NCBI RefSeq assembly: GCF_009914755.1
Contig: NC_060942.1
Length of the DNA stretch: 64,000 nucleotides
Direction: 5' to 3' (one strand)
Source: the human T2T-CHM13v2.0 reference genome, Homo sapiens
Of this stretch, positions 28,060 to 41,729 are shown piece after piece (the first letter of the stretch is position 1; each line of letters begins with the position of its first letter). Under the pieces are notes generated by a model. It was not told the origin of the DNA, made no database searches, and saw only the letters and a program-made list of their open reading frames with translations. Made by a program: the position numbers and the translations under genes.

Positions 28060-30095
28060 CTTAGTAATTATGAAGAACCAAAGAGAGGCTTGGCTTTGCC
28101 TTAGCTCCTGGGAGACAATCTCTAAACCCTTGGGATTTCCAGAGTGATGAGTGTCTCTGTTGGGCATGGTGAGGCCCTGGACCCCACCTGAGAGTTCATG
28201 CTAAGAAGGTGATTCGAAGTGGGGCTGGTCACTCCAGCCTTGAGATTTGGGCTTCAAGGCTCAGTGAGCTTTCCGGGTGGCCACACTATGCACATGGCCA
28301 TGGTCAATGTCGAGAGGGTAGCAGGCCCTGAGTATGACAACACTCCCAGGGCCACACTATGCACACAGCCAAGGTCAATGCTGGTGACTAGCGAGTCCTG
28401 AGGATGACAGTGTTCCCAGGTGGCACACTATGCACATGGCCACTGTCAATGCTGGTGACTAGTGGGTCCTGAGGGTGACAACATTCCCAGGTGGTCACGC
28501 TATGCACCTGGCCACTGTCAATGCCGAGAAGGCAGCAGGTCCTGAGGATGACAGTGTTCCCGGGTGCCACACTGTACACATGGCCGTGGTCAATATCGGG
28601 AGTGCAGCGAGTCCCGAGGGTGACATCATTCCCAGGTGGCCACACTATGCACACGGCTGTGGTCAATGACGGGAGGGTAGCAGGTCCTGAGTACGACAAC
28701 ATTCCCAGGTGCCACACTATGCACATGGCCACGGTCAATGCTGGTGACTAGTGAGTCCTGAGGGTGACAACATTCCCAGGTACCACACTATGCACATGGC
28801 CAAGGTCAATGCTGGTGACTAGCGAGTCCTGAGGATGACAGCATTCCCAGGTGGCCACACTATGCACACGGCCACGGTCAATGCTGGTGACTAGCGAGTC
28901 CTGAGGATGACAACGTTCCCAGGTGCCACACTATGCACGTGGCCACGGTCAATGCTGGTGACTAGCGAGTCCTGAGGATGACAGCATTCCTAGGTGCCAC
29001 ACTATGCACATGGCTACTGTCAATGCTGGTGACTAGCGAGTCCTGAGAGTGACAACATTCCCAGGTGGCCACACTATGCACATGGCCACGGTCAATGCTA
29101 GTGACTAGAGGGTCCTGAGGATGACAACATTCCCAGGTGGCCACACTATGCACATGGCCAAGGTCAATGCTGGTGACTAGCGAGACCTGAGGATGACAGC
29201 ATTCCTAAGTGGTCACGCTATGCACACGGCCACAGTCAATGCTGGTGACTAGCGAGTCCTGAGGATGACAGCATTCCCAGGTGGTCACACTATGCACATG
29301 GCCACGGTCAATGCTGGTGACTAGCGGGTCCTGAGGATGACAGCATTCCCAGGTGGTCACACTATGCACATGGCCACGGTCAATGCTGGTGACTAGCGGG
29401 TCCTGAGGATGACAGCGTTCCCAGGTGGCCACACTATGCACACGGCCAAGGTCAATGCTGGTGACTAGCGAGTCCTGAGGATGACAACGTTCCCAGGTGC
29501 CACACTATGCACGTGGCCACGGTCAATGCTGGTGACTAGCGAGTCCTGAGGATGACAGCATTCCCAGGTGGTCACACTATGCACATGGCCATGGTCAATG
29601 CTGGTGACTAGTGAGTCCTGAGGATGACAGCGTTCCCAGGTGGCCACACTATGCACATGGCCACGGTCAATGCTGGTGACTAGCGAGTGCTGAGGATGAC
29701 AGCGTTCCCAGGTGCCACACTATGTACCAGCCATGGTCAACACTGGGAGGGTAGGAGGACCTGAGGCTGACAATACCTTCATGACTGCATCCCTCCCAGT
29801 GCCAGATGCCACCTTGTGCCTCCCTCCCTTCAGCCAGTCCTGATTTGTGTCAATTTGCCTTCAAACTGTAATCATCCATAGAGCACTTTCCTGAGTTCCG
29901 TAGTAGCTCTGGGGAAGTATCAAACCTCAGGGAATCTATGGGGACCACCAAATGTGTAGCCCACTAGTGTGCAGTGAGAGGGAACCTGAGGCCCCCACCC
30001 CTGTGGCTCTTTTTGGAAGTGAGGACTTCTAGACGGTGTGGGAACGATGCCCTCACCCTGTGCTTGGCTGACTCCAGGTGGTAACTGAAAGCACC
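28060..30095 (+). mobile_element. MER21/MER77-group LTR split by a VNTR
   Basis: ctctaaacccttgggatttccagagtgat...ccacacctgagagttcatgctaagaaggtga...aaggctcagtgagcttt before the array; ctgagttccgtagtagctct...tatcaaacctcaggg...gctgactccaggtgg after it. Confidence 0.65.
28272..29770. repeat. VNTR, 71-72-bp unit, about 21 copies
   Basis: Unit ttcccaggtggccacactatgcacatggccacggtcaatgctggtgactagcgagtcctgaggatgacagca; period 72 (29274 to 29346). Confidence 0.98.
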
Positions 30096-30264
30096 GTTCA
30101 CCCTCAACCCACAGAAGCATCTCTGCTAGCATGTTCACTGGGAGCTCCCTCATATATGGGTTCCATAAGTAACCTTTTAAAAACCAACCTCATTCCTTTG
30201 GGAAACTATGTTTGAGCAGGCCAAAAGGATATTGTTTTCTAAAATCATTACTGAGAATGTAAGA

Positions 30265-30633
30265 TGATATGATTTGGCTGTGTCCCCACCCAAGTCTCAT
30301 TTGAAACTGACGATTCCCATAATCCCCATGTGTCACGGGGGGAACCCAGTGGGCAGTAATTTAATCATGGGGGCGGTTACCTCCATGCTGTTCTCCTGAT
30401 AGTGAGTTCTCACGAGATCTGATGGTTTATAAGGGGCTTGTCCCCCTTTCACTCTGCACTTCTTGCTGTCGCCATGGGAGGAAGGATGTGTTTGCTTCCC
30501 CTTCTGCCATGATTGTAAGTTTCCTGAGGCTTCCCCAGCCCTGCTGAACTGTGAGTCAATTAAACCTGCTTCCTTTATAAATCACCAAGTGTTGGGCAGA
30601 TCTTTATCAGCAGTATGAGAACAGACTAATACA
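30265..30633 (+). mobile_element. THE1C-like solo LTR
   Basis: tgatatgatttggctgtgtccccaccc...cagactaataca; near-TSD taaga/taagg. Confidence 0.92.
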
Positions 30634-32855
30634 TAAGGTGCTGTGAGTTGAATAATGTGTATTAAAATTTGACTTTTACTGTTTAATCACGCCATCATAA
30701 GATGCTTATGGTTCTATTGGCATAATACATCCATGTCTTAACATTTAAAATTTAGGTTGCATGTTAGAATTACGTTAGAATCTACCTGAGTCCTGAAAAC
30801 GTATCTGTAACTTCACAAGCCCCCCATTTCAATTATGAAATGCACAGTTCTGTTTGTTTTCTGTGGACATTTCTGCAACTTGCATGTAAAAGCTAGTCTC
30901 TCCAGTGTATATGATCATCTCATCTCTAGGAAAATGTGGACGCATCACTATAGGAAGTACAACATTTTGATTTTGAGGCTATTCTCTGGAGTAAACACCC
31001 AGAGGTCCACCCGGGGTGTTGGCACAGAATCTCAGTGTTGCAACAGGCCTTGATTTGTTGTCCCAACTGACATCGATTCCATTGTTGAGACCCATCAATT
31101 TCATTTACTAAGTGTTTAGAGCACTTTTAGTTAACGAGGATGCACCTGAGCCTCCAGAGCTGGCTTGACTCTTCCTCCATTTGATTTGCAACCGCTGTTC
31201 CACTGGTCCACCTCCAGCTACACAATCCAAGTTTGAACCTCAGTGAAGTTGCTTTGGTTTTGGGGGCTTACCATTTTCTCAGATCAATTCATTGCTAATT
31301 GACTTTGATTTCTGTGTAAGAGTCAGTTTCAATCTCACACCTGTCAGGTGTGTCGGACAGTTTATGGCAATGTCCAAGCCCAAATGGGACACCCATTGTT
31401 TCGACTGCACCACCCTTCCCTCAGCTGAGCAACATTCTCTTCATGCACTTATCGCTAAGCTGCGAAATTTGTGATTTTGAAAAACACCAGTAACATGAAA
31501 AAATGTGCATGCATTAAGTACAAAGAGGGAAATAAATGTACTAGTAGTGCGGGATTATCATTACATAAACACATCAAAACTCTGTGCTCAGGAACGATTA
31601 GAGGGATACACAGTGAGATGTTCACAGTGAGTATGTTTTGGCGGCAGGCCTGGTATGCTTTTCTACTTTCCTGGATCCTTAAATCTCCCTAAAAAGAGTA
31701 TTTTGTAATAGAAATGTTTTAAAAGAGAAAAACAAAACAAAAACGATGCTGGCTGTTGGTGGAGTAGTGCTGCCCTCACATGAAAGAATTGTTTCTCCTT
31801 GAATGAGTCCAGTTCAGCTCACAGGAGGGTGGACCTAGCAGCCCCTGTGTCCTGTCACCCCCGAGTCCCTGGCCGTCCCCCATCCCCTGAGCAGCACTGA
31901 CTGTGGACCCTCAGGCTCCTGCTGCCCTTTGACTTCTTCCTGCCTTTATCCCAGCCTGTTCCCATCACCACCTCCCCGTTCCTTGCCCCCAGCTGCGTCC
32001 CTCTCCCTCTCAGGGAAGGCTCTGGAAACACGAACGCTGCTTTCCAGGCAAAATGAGAGTGGGCAAGGCTCAGGTCTGTGAGTGTGGAGGGACCGTGCAG
32101 AGAGGTTCCAAGGGGTGCTTGCTCTCCCTTCCGCAGGCCTCCTGCTAGCTCACATGGCTGGGAAGCATCTCCAGACGGGGATCCTTCCTCTCCAGAAGTC
32201 TCCCTAGAGGAGAGACCAGCAGGTGGTCAGCGTAGACGCTGCCCCTGCATACCTTCTATAATAGCATTTAGAATTTTAGGTAGCAGCTTAATTTGGAAAT
32301 CTGAATCATAAGTTCTAATACACAAAGTCTCTCCAATCAAATCAATTAAAATTTTCTTTTAAGGTAATATTTATTATTAAACTGCAGCATTTAGCAAAAT
32401 TCAAGCGTGTTTGTATTTTTTAAATGATTCTTTCTCCAACTAGAATTATAGGAAAATGAAAGGCCAGCCACACAGAAACAACGTGTTGATGTTCAAAGGC
32501 CTTGAGATCGTTTTCGTGCGTTTTCACCAGGACCCCTAAGTGTCAGAGATGGAGGGTGGCGTCCAATGCACAAAGACTCTGCCACCTCCCAGGTGAGAGC
32601 TCGAGTCTCCTGAGTCCCTGCTGGGCACTGCTACAGGGAGTGAAATCATTGGCTCTTTAAAATTGTTCTCCATCTGCAACTCTCCTGTCCTCCTTCCCAA
32701 AACAAGCCTGCACTGGTGCCCCCAGCTCTGCCCGCCCTCCAGTTTGAGCTCCGCTCTCTTCCCTGGACTCCTCCTCACTGCCTGTGGTGTGCACAGGTCC
32801 ATCCAGAGCTCTTCAGTCACACATTCTTGGACCCTGCAATTGCTACCATATTATT

Positions 32856-32857
<2 letters not shown>

Positions 32858-32909
<52 letters not shown>

Positions 32910-32917
32910 TGTGTGTG
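32858..32917. repeat. (TG)~30 microsatellite
   Basis: Seen directly; one TA interruption. Confidence 0.99.
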
Positions 32918-33516
32918 ATTTACTACCAAAATTCTCCACTATTCTCTCTCGTCGCTGTTACTTGAACTCCTACTAAGCCTTCTCAGCTTGCTTTCCTTCT
33001 CATAACTTTTTAAAAACTGCTTTGTTAAAATCACTTCTGAGCGTCAGGTCTGAGTTTTCTTAGCTCACGTGGGCCGTCTGCACTATCTGATGAACTCCTG
33101 TGTCCTCGCCTAGCCAGGCCTATAGGGTCCTCCTTTCTCTTTCCAGCATGGCTTCCGCGCCCTGCTGCCCCTCTCACCTACACGCTCTGTGCGGACCTCA
33201 CCTCCTCCATGTCCACACCCGCCCCCAGTGATCTCAGCAACGCTGCATGTCCGGGATGTTTCCGGCCGTCACAAAACACAATTCAGGCCTAATGACCAGT
33301 TACCAAGTGCCAAGCAGTGTGCTCAGCCCCTCCCATGCGTCCTCCTGCTGAATTCTCCCACAACACCAGGAGGTGGGGCTGTTTTCAACCCCATTCGACA
33401 GATCGGGAAACTGAGGCTCCCATCAGGAAGGGAAATTGTGCGATCAACGCACAGCAGCACGAGCACTCCACCCGGGTTAACCAGAGTCCGGAGTCAGAGA
33501 AATAATTTGGTGTTTC

Positions 33517-33676
33517 AGGGTCGCCTGCTGCAGGGCAATCTCCACACCTGACTGCGGGGTCACCTGCTGCTGGGCAATCTCCACACCTGACTGCGGGGTC
33601 GCCTGCTGCAGGGCAATCTCCACACCTGACTGCGGGGTCGCCTGCTGCAGGGCAATCTCCACACCTGACTGCGGGG
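33517..33676. repeat. 39-bp tandem repeat, 4 copies
   Basis: ggggtcgcctgctgcagggcaatctccacacctgactgc. Confidence 0.97.
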
Positions 33677-35583
33677 GCTTCCCAGACCTCCGCCCACTGT
33701 GCCCTCCGCCCACCGTGCCCTCTGCCCACTGTGCCCTCGGGCTTGTGTCTTCATCTATTCATGCACACAGCACTCATCCCCCATGAAAAGTTCCTTTCTC
33801 CTTTTCTTTCCTCAGAAATATTATTCTCTCTTTTCTGCTTCTTAAAATTGTGTATATCTTTCCAAATCTAGTTAAATACTGCCTTTGTAAAAATTCTCTG
33901 AATCGTGACATTAAAAAAAATGGTTTCTCCCCTGAATTCCAGTTCTATTCTGCACCACTTGTAGCAATGCTCTCATTTTATTAAATAGGTATTGTTGTTG
34001 TTTCTCATCTCCCTTACCCTACCTTAACTTTCTGAAGGCAGGACCTGTCTGCCACATTTCTCGAATTCCCTGTAGCGTCGAGCAGACAGTGAGAACTCAA
34101 TATTCTGTAAATGAATGACTCAAGACAATGGAAGTCAGAACTCTCCACTCTTCTCTAAGACCCTCTCTTCTCTTGGAGAATCATATATAATTTAGTTTTA
34201 TTATCTTTTAAAGAGCATAAAATAAACTTACACATAGATATAAAGTAAACTAACCACACACACAGAATAATTATGAAGTCAATAAAACATCCTGCAATCT
34301 TAAGAACACATGTCAATAACCTTGCCGAGAGAGAAGCCAGCACTTTGCATGGAGCACCATTCGAAGAGGCAGTTAATATGCCAGGCAAATTTGAGCAGGT
34401 TGGTAATGCGATTTAGCTGTCTTAACTGTGTTGAGTGATTACCTCCACTGATCAAGGAGTAGAACGGCGAGGAAAACACAATTACGACTCTCACATTCGA
34501 ATTCCCTGCATCCTCTGTGACGATGGGGCGTTTCTGCCTGCATTCTCTCCGGCTCCAGATCATCCAGTGTGACAGAGTCTTAATCCGTGGTTCTGCCCAT
34601 CAGCACATTCAACGGACTTAGGATTTCTCACCACGTGCCCTTATTTTGGAAAACTGTTCATTTCAAGACCACAGGCAAAGGGGATACTAAGAATAATCGC
34701 AGAATTAACATCGGCAAGGTATGATCAGGATGAGGACGTGAGAAACGCAGGGCTAAGAGTTGGGAGTCCTGGGATGAACTTCCCACCTCAAAGCCCAGCA
34801 CGAGGGTCCCTGGACGCTGTCGGCCCCGGACGTGGGTCCCCGAGACTCGACTGCAGCTCAGAGTGGCCACATCTGCCCTGCCAGGCTGCCGCGGAGACAA
34901 CACGGAGGAGCACCTGTGAGAACACCTGCTACACCAAGCTCAGGGACTCGTGCGTCTCCCCGTCCGGCACTCCTTCTCCTTGTATTTGAATCTTTTGATC
35001 TCTTTTTGGCAAAGGCCAATCATTTAAACTTTCTGATTTTCAGTTTCTTTGTATGGAAACGACAGTAATTTCATTGATTATATATGTACCATAAAACAAT
35101 TTTACTAATTTTTAGTAAATAACTAGTTTACTAACCATCAAGAGCTGCACAGACACCGTTTGCTCTCTGCGGCCCTCAGCTACATCCTCTTTGTCTTTCT
35201 CTAAAATCCTGCCTGGGTGTATCCTTGTTTGTATGAATATGAAATAATACATGAATTTTGATTTGTACTCACTAAATCTTGGAAACAATACATCTCATTA
35301 GATTAGTATATGCACCAAATACTAAATACAGATGCACACTCCCTCAAAACGTTTGACTATAACTACATGATATGAGAATACTCCATCTTTAAGTAAAGAG
35401 AAAAACTGAGTCACTTATCTGTATAGTTCACGTTCCTGATACAAGAATTAGGGTTGTGAAAATGAAAAAAACTAAAAAATTTTAAAAATGGCAAAACTAA
35501 AAACAAAACTGCAACCGGCCTCCCCACTAAACCCTCTACCACTGTATTTTCATACAATCCTCAAACCTTCCATGTTGAAATAG

Positions 35584-35968
<385 letters not shown>

Positions 35969-36252
35969 TGAAACTAAGTAGATTAATTTTAACTTCGATA
36001 ATAATTTATTTTTCGCAACTATGTACAAAAAAACTGTCATTTAAAAATACTCTCCATCTGGGAGGCTGCGGCTGGAGGGTCACTTGAGTCCTGCCACCTC
36101 GGGGCTCCCCATTCTCCATAGCTTCCAGTTACTCACGTGACCTTTCCAAGATTTGACTCTTATTTTGGAAGACCATCACGAACATTACATTATGTTAAAG
36201 GTAAAATTACAAGCAAGCCATTTTAAGAAAAGATTTCTGTATTTGAGGTTTT

Positions 36253-36352
36253 TTTTTTTTGTTTTTTTATATTATTATACTTTAAGTTTTAGGGTACATG
36301 TGTACAACGTGCAGGTTAGTTATATATGTATACATGTGCCATGTTGGTGTGT
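36253..36352 (-). mobile_element. Extremely 5'-truncated young L1PA (about 100 bp)
   Basis: T tract plus ttatactttaagttttagggtacatgtg...catgttggtgtg; TSD tg(t/c)atttgaggtttt at 36238-36252 and 36353-36367. Confidence 0.9.
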
Positions 36353-37449
36353 TGCATTTGAGGTTTTAACTCAGGTGCTGATGCTGATTCTGTCATCAGA
36401 ATGGTGCCATGGCCAGAGCCACATAGTGTCCCCAGAGAAGTGGGGACTCTGCAGGTGGCAGGCAGGCCATCAGAGGGACCTGCCATCAGAGAGCACGCCA
36501 CACTGGGACTCAGCTGCTCAGGGGTGCCTTTCTGTCCTCTCAGACAGAACACGTGTGCCGCCCAGCTGTGGGAGCTACAGGACAGTGGCAGGCAGAGAGA
36601 ACGCTGATCCTGGCCTCGGTTCCTGACCACTGTGATCCATCAAACACTCAGAATCATGTCTTTCAGGAGATAGAAGAGTGGCAGTGTGGATTGCGACAGC
36701 CTGGGAAATACATTCCAAAGAAGAATCTCAGAATCGTGACCACTTCAAAAGTTCCCAAATACAATCCTTACTCTCCCAGAATATCAGTTGAGTGAATACT
36801 GGGCTTTACATTCAGGCAGTTATCAAACAACGTTTGCCTATGGTGGGCAGTTATCAAACAACGTTGGCTCATGGAAGGTAAAGATTGCTTCCTAGAAGAA
36901 TGTGAAGTCATCCTTCCTCTTAACCTTTTTGCCTTTACTCTCTTCACCCGATTCTCAGTTGGTTTTTGACTCACTTAGAATAATATGGAATTCTCTAAAT
37001 GAACAGAAGCACCTTAAAAACATATAATTATGTTTCCGTAATGAGAAACTTTGTCAGTCTGAGCAAAGGGGTGCAATAGTGGGAGGACATTAAAATTGGT
37101 GAAAAATAAACTAAATGAAGGCAAATCCATAGCTTCCCAAAAGGGCAGACCCTGCCTGGTGGTGTTATTGTACATGAGAATCCAAAGAAAATCACTGCCG
37201 GTGTCAGGACTCAAACTGACTTTGCTTCCCAGACCCTCAAGTCCTGACTTACCTGTAACAAACATTGTGATGAAAGCTCCTACTAAGATACTTTGAATTA
37301 TTTTAACGTTTTCATTAACAAAAATTACATTGCCAGGAACAAGCATTTTGAACGTACCTCTGATGGGTGCTTTAGTGTGATTTGCTAGAAGTGGAATATT
37401 TTGGCATCATAAACTTGAGTGGTTCAATAGGTTCAACAGGATCACATTA

Positions 37450-37560
37450 ACCACATGTGGCTATTCAAATATAAATGAATCGAATTTCAGTAATATCACA
37501 GTCAGTTCCTCGGGCACTCGGACCACGTTTCAGAGTCCACATGACAGGGCTGCTATGGAC
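37450..37560. mobile_element. MER3/MER33-like DNA transposon fragment
   Basis: ccacatgtggctattcaaat...tcagttcctc...ccacgtttca. Confidence 0.5.
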
Positions 37561-37589
37561 TCTGTGAAGGTTTTATGCCTGCTGTCCTA

Positions 37590-37808
37590 CAGCAAGGATT
37601 TCAACCAGGATGATTTTGTCCCCACGGACATATGGCGATGTCTACAGGCATTTTTGGTTGTCACAACTGGGACAGGGGGTGCTACTGGCATCTGGTGGGT
37701 GGGACCAGGGGGGCTGCTCCACATCCTGCAGAGCATAAGACAGTCCCAACTACAAGAAATCATCCAGCCCCAAACTGCAACAGCGCTAAAGCTGCAAAAT
37801 CCTGCCCT
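37590..37808 (+). mobile_element. MER20 DNA transposon
   Basis: gattttgtccccacggacatatggcgatgtct...tttggttgtcacaactggg...tgctactggcatctggtgggt. Confidence 0.85.
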
Positions 37809-38896
37809 ACAGAAGCTTCTGGATTGCCTCCCTCAAGGTCTAAAACCTTGTGTCAATATTTACCATTAAGGATGACTCTGGCTAAAAAATTATTCCTTCT
37901 ATTCCTGGTATCCTTCCAGTACTACATATCTTTCTATTCTAAGTTTACTATGAATCATTAATAATAATGAATGTTGAGTTTTGTTAACTTCTATCAAGAT
38001 AATACCAGGATTTTTTAGTCTAAACTTCTAATGTAAAAATCACATTAATTGATTTCTCCTTCTTGAACAACCATTATATTTCTGAAATAAAAATAGGCAA
38101 TAGTATATTTTTACTTAATATACTACTGACAAGTCTTGAGTACTTCCCTGGCCTTACGAAGCTGCCGCTGTCTTTGGTGAGCACACACTCATCAGTATTC
38201 AAATGGAAAGTCGCAAAAGGGCAAATCAGTCACCATTTTAAATGGAAGATTTGCTTTATTTCAGCCTAATTTGGTTTCCTTTCTGTTGTGTCCTGATGTA
38301 CTTCTTTGCATTCTTTTCTCTATTCTCTCCACTGCAATTTTTATTCCTTTTTGCCTCATATTAGTCTCACGTTATTGATTTCTTTTTCTTTGAACTCCTG
38401 TACCACTTATAGCTTTTCCCACTCAGAGAATCACTGAAGAGGAAGGAACACATAATCCAAACCCTTCATATCACAAACAAGGAAACTAAGGTTCAGAGCA
38501 GCTTGGTTATTTGCTCAAGATCTCAAAAGCAGTCTGTACCCCTCAGGCCTCTGACAGTTTGCTTCCATAATCTGCAGTTTCATGTTGGTCCTTAATCCTA
38601 TATTGTTTGTATTGTTGTATGATGTTCAAAGATAACATTAACAGTCACACCGGTATGAAATTTTATACTTTACAGATGGTGCATGTAGATAGATGCAGAT
38701 GACTTAAAAATAATCTAATTCTGTGAAGAAAGCAGGCTGATATTTTAAAAATGAAGAAAAAGAAGTTGTAATGGGCTAAATAATGTGTCCAGAGTCAAGC
38801 AGCTCTATGTAAGAAAGGGGCTGTCCCACTAAGGAGTCCTACATTCCAACCCTCATTTGCAGAGTCTCAGTGTGGCAGGAAGGCAGCGGTGGAGGA

Positions 38897-40660
38897 GTCC
38901 ACACTCTGTGCCTGCAGCCTCCTCCTGATGGGTGTCCAAGTCTATACTCTGCGCCTGCAGACTCCTCCTGATGGGTGGCCAAGTCCACACTCTACCTGCA
39001 ACCTCCTCCTGATGGGTGGCCAAGTCCACGCACTCCACCTGCAGCCTCCTCCTGATGGGTGGCCAAGTCCATGCTCTGCCTGCAGCCTCCTCCTGATGGG
39101 TGGCCAAGTCCACACTCTGCCTGCAGCCTCCTCCTGTTGGGTGGCCAAGTCCGCGCACTCCACCTGCAGCCTCCTCCTGATGGGTGGCCAAGTCCACACT
39201 CTGCCTGCAGCCTCCTACTGATGGGTGTCCAAGTCTACACTCTGCACCTGCAGAGTCCTCCTGATGGGTGGCCAAGTCTACACTCTGCGCCTGCAGACTC
39301 CTCCTGATGGGTGGCCAAGTCTACACTCTACCTGCAGCCTCCTCCTGATGGGTGGCCAAGTCCACGCACTCCACCTGCAGCCTCCTCCTGATGGGTGGCC
39401 AAGTCCATGCTCTGCCTGCAGCCTCCTCCTGATGGGTGGCCAAGTCCACACTCTGCCTGCAGCCTCCTCCTGATGGGTGGCCAAGTCCACACTCTGCCTG
39501 CAGCCTCCTCCTGATGAGTGGCCAAGTCCACGCACTCCACCTGCAGCCTCCTCCTGATGGGTGGCCAAGTCCATGCTCTGCCTGCAGCCTCCTCCTGATG
39601 GGTGGCCAAGTCCACACTCTGCCTGCAGCCTCCTCCTGATGGGTGGCCAAGTCCACACTCTGCGCCTGCAGCCTCCTCCTGATGGGTGGCCAAGTCCACA
39701 CTCTATCTGCAGCCTCCTCCTGATGGGTGGCCAAGTCTACACTCTGTGCCTGCAGATTCCTCCTGATGGGTGGCCAAGTCCACACTCTACCTGCAGCCTC
39801 CTCCTGATGGGTGGCCAAGTCCACACACTCCACCTGCAGCCTCCTCCTGATGGGTGGCCAAATCCACACTCTGCCTGCAGCCTCCTCCTGATGGGTGGCC
39901 AAGTCCACACTCTGCGCCTGCAGCCTCCTCCTGATGGGTGGCCAAGTCCACACTCTATCTGCAGCCTCCTCCTGATGGGTGGCCAAGTCTACACTCTGTG
40001 CCTGCAGATTCCTCCTGATGGGTGGCCAAGTCCACACTCTACCTGCAGCCTCCTCCTGATGGGTGGCCAAGTCCACACACTCCACCTGCAGCCTCCTCCT
40101 GATGGGTGGCCAAGTCCACGCTCTACCTGCAGCCTCCTCCTGATGGGTGGCCAAGTCCACGCACTCCACCTGCAGCCTCCTCCTGATGGGTGGCCAAGTC
40201 CACACTCTGCGCCTGCAGCCTCCTCCTGATGGGTGGCCAAGTCCACACTCTATCTGCAGCCTCCTCCTGATGGGTGGCCAAGTCTACACTCTGTGCCTGC
40301 AGATTCCTCCTGATGGGTGGCCAAGTCCACACTCTACCTGCAGCCTCCTCCTGATGGGTGGCCAAGTCCACACACTCCACCTGCAGCCTCCTCCTGATGG
40401 GTGGCCAAGTCCACGCTCTACCTGCAGCCTCCTCCTGATGGGTGGCCAAGTCCACGCACTCCACCTGCAGCCTCCTCCTGATGGGTGGCCAAGTCCATGC
40501 TCTGCCTGCAGCCTCCTACTGATGGGTGGCCGGCGGCCAAGTCCACACTTCGCCTGCAGCCTCCTCCTGATGGGTGGCCAAGTCCACACTCTGCACCTGC
40601 AGCCTCCTCCTGATGGGTGGCCAAGTCCACACTCTGCACCTGCAGCCTCCTCCTGATGGA
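38897..40660. repeat. VNTR, 41/43-bp units, 42 copies, with higher-order structure
   Basis: Unit aagtccacactctgcctgcagcctcctcctgatgggtggcc; copies counted by eye. Confidence 0.98.
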
Positions 40661-41594
40661 TGACCAACAGGAGCAAGGGGCAAGGCAATGAAAAGATGCA
40701 TCAGCAAGACTCCCAGAGCCATAGAGCTGACATTCCACTGTGATTTTTAAAGAAAATCTAGGTCGTTAGATTTCCCCATCCTCTTCTTCATCAGCATGTA
40801 CTGTATTTCTCTATTTTGGTGATTTTTTTTAAGTTCTGTTATTGAAAATACTCTAATGTACAGTGACCAAATCACTTTTCAGCAACAACTGCATTATTAT
40901 GAAAAACTAGTGTTACCAACAGGATACTTTATTGAGTGATGATAGGAAAACCCCAACTTCTTCAGTTTTTATGGATGACAAGGATTCACTGCCAATGCCT
41001 AACACCCGTCTTCCTTGTCATATGGGAGAACATTAATGAGGGAGGCCCAGGATGGTGGGGAGAAAAATACATCAGATCACAGAAGTCTCGGTTTACTGGG
41101 GTGGGAACAGGTGTCACATGCTTCAAAACCAATGCTTCTTCCTCCAGCTACCAATGAGGTGATGTGGAGAAGGTTGTATCCTTGGCCCCAGATGGCTAAA
41201 ATAATTGATGAAATAGAAATATATGTATTTTCTTGTTTCTTGATATTTTTCATTGTCTTTGGGTAAAATGATGGCTTTTCCAACATGCTTTCTCAGTACA
41301 GTTAACTCACTAGGATCTTGAAATGTCTTGTGCCTATGTGACAGTGGACAACTGGAAGTGAAATTATGCAATTTGTCCATTTAGTTCAGAAGCCCAAAAT
41401 ACATAATTCTCAGGATCTCTTGCACATTTTCTTCCTACATGGCCCCAGGCACTCCAGCCTGTCTCCCTACCTCATGTCTCTAATCAGCCCTGGGAGAAAA
41501 TGACAAACAAAGCAAGGGATGACAAAGCTCTCTGCAAACATTACAATTCCTCAGTGGACAGACAAGCAGGAGCACGGTCTGGCCCAGGAACCTC

Positions 41595-41729
41595 TCCCCA
41601 GCTGAATTCTGACTCCTACAATACTTGATTACACCAAAGCTCCCTGAGTGGAAAGCTCTTCTCTCCAGCTGAATTCTGACCCCTTACAATACTCGATTAC
41701 ACCAAAGCTCCCTGAGCAGAAAGCTCTTC
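41595..41729. repeat. 67-bp tandem duplication
   Basis: ccagctgaattctgac...tacaatact(t/c)gattacaccaaagctccctgag...gaaagctcttc at 41598 and 41665. Confidence 0.9.

Noticed and set aside
28272-29770. CRISPR-like appearance of this array and those at 38.9, 56.3 and 58.5 kb
   Set aside because: Units are head-to-tail with no unique spacers, there are no cas genes and the DNA is human.
38853-40738. ORFs up to 294 aa over the 41/43-bp array
   Set aside because: Frames switch between units because unit lengths are not multiples of 3; this is a repeat artefact.
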